Below are positions 63,246-64,000 of a stretch of 64,000 bases of DNA, one piece after another. The notes beneath the pieces are model-generated. The model was not told the origin of the DNA. It saw only the letters and a program-made list of their open reading frames with translations, and searched no databases. Origin of the DNA: Sulfolobales archaeon (lineage in GTDB: Archaea; Thermoproteota; Thermoprotei_A; Sulfolobales; AG1); assembly GCA_038867615.1 (NCBI GenBank), contig JAWBYA010000002.1, positions 128,001 to 192,000 on the forward strand, given 5' to 3'. Both the position numbers and the translations under genes were made by a program. Position 1 is the first letter of the stretch, and each line of letters opens with the position of its first letter.

Positions 63246-64000
63246 CTATGAGAGGAAAATAATAAGAGCAACCCTAAGGCTTGTTACAATATACCCATGG
63301 ATCTTGAAGCAACGACCAGGGATCACCATGATAGGACTTGGAGGATTGCTGGGAGAGCTGTTAATACGGGACTTGGAGACCTGTTGAGAAGGGCTGCGAT
63401 GGATATAGCTTATCTTGATGATGCTAGAGGTTCCGAGAGATTTTCTAGCTGAGGATAGCATAATCATAGAACTAGAGCTCACGACCTCTGGAGATATGGT
63501 TGATCAGGACCTCGTGATAGGTGTTGGTAGGTATTATGACTGGCAGATCCGTTTGTCCTCGGATGTTCGTTCCAATCACTCTATCTTTATTCATGGTCAT
63601 ATCCAGGGACTTCAACCTCGCCCACAGGATCTCCAACCCTGTAGTGTCGTGAGTAATCATCGATCCAAACGGCACACGACTCCCATCTAGGGCTTGTGTT
63701 GAGAGACACGCACCGGGAACAATCTATCTCAAAGCTAAAGCCTATAAATACCCCTAGGCATCTATGGCGAGGCAGCCCTCGGGCATGCCGTCCCCAAAAC
63801 CTATCAACCTCCATGTATATCAAAGAAAACAGCCCATGTATAGGGGGTTGGTTCTAAAACCTTCTCCAGTCTCTCTAGGATTGCTAGTGGGTGTGCATAC
63901 TCCCTTGGGCTGTCTCTTTTATCGGGACTGTTATCCTTATATCGCCGCTTCTCTGGAAGTGGAGTATTAATACTATCTCCTTTATACTATCCATTATCTC
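63246..64000 (-). pseudogene. Probable decayed gene interrupted by family A copy 3
   Basis: Removing 63549-63832 restores an open frame ..EKVLEPTPYTW|DLPVIIPTNTYHEV..; other stops and shifts remain. Confidence 0.3.
63549..63835 (-). mobile_element. Non-autonomous tnpB-derived mini-element, family A copy 3
   Basis: Minus strand starts GGGCTGTTTTCTTTG, has TATTTATA (63743-63750), core CTAGATGGGAGTCGTGTGCCGTTTGG, and ends CATCCGAGGACAAACGG. Confidence 0.85.

Noticed and set aside
1-64000. CRISPR array, cas genes, rRNA, integrase or autonomous transposase
   Set aside because: No regularly spaced direct repeats and no recognisable motifs for these.

Overview
Chromosomal segment of a hyperthermophilic crenarchaeon (Thermoproteota, Desulfurococcales/Acidilobales-like by gene content; genus not determinable). 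It has about 55 protein genes: two Liv-type and one Dpp/Opp-type ABC systems, hpaD-hpaB aromatic catabolism, class II ribonucleotide reductase, ilvD, tatC, aIF1, aIF2-beta, MBF1, SAM synthetase, pdxST, a two-subunit fumarase, nurA-herA-mre11-rad50, sulfocyanin and a NirK-like copper protein. There is also a tRNA-Ser(GGA). The most notable signals the ORF track misses are: (1) two families of ~280-340 bp non-autonomous elements built as left end + TATA promoter + tnpB 3'-end/omegaRNA-like scaffold + right end. One family has 3 copies with GG-bounded ends, a (T/A)GGG left junction and a different 3' flank (guide) in each copy, making them candidate stand-alone guide-RNA cassettes with no tnpB in the window. 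(2) A promoter-bearing isolated 3' half of tRNA-Asp whose leader can form a BHB motif (probable split tRNA). (3) A lysine-less threonine-synthase-like/wHTH fusion in the pdxST operon. (4) A catalytically degenerate P-type ATPase homolog. (5) A shared operator-like motif linking a Bat-type regulator to hpaD. (6) An in-frame TGA in the peptide-binding protein gene. (7) A candidate structured ncRNA. All family assignments are by motif recognition; no searches were run.
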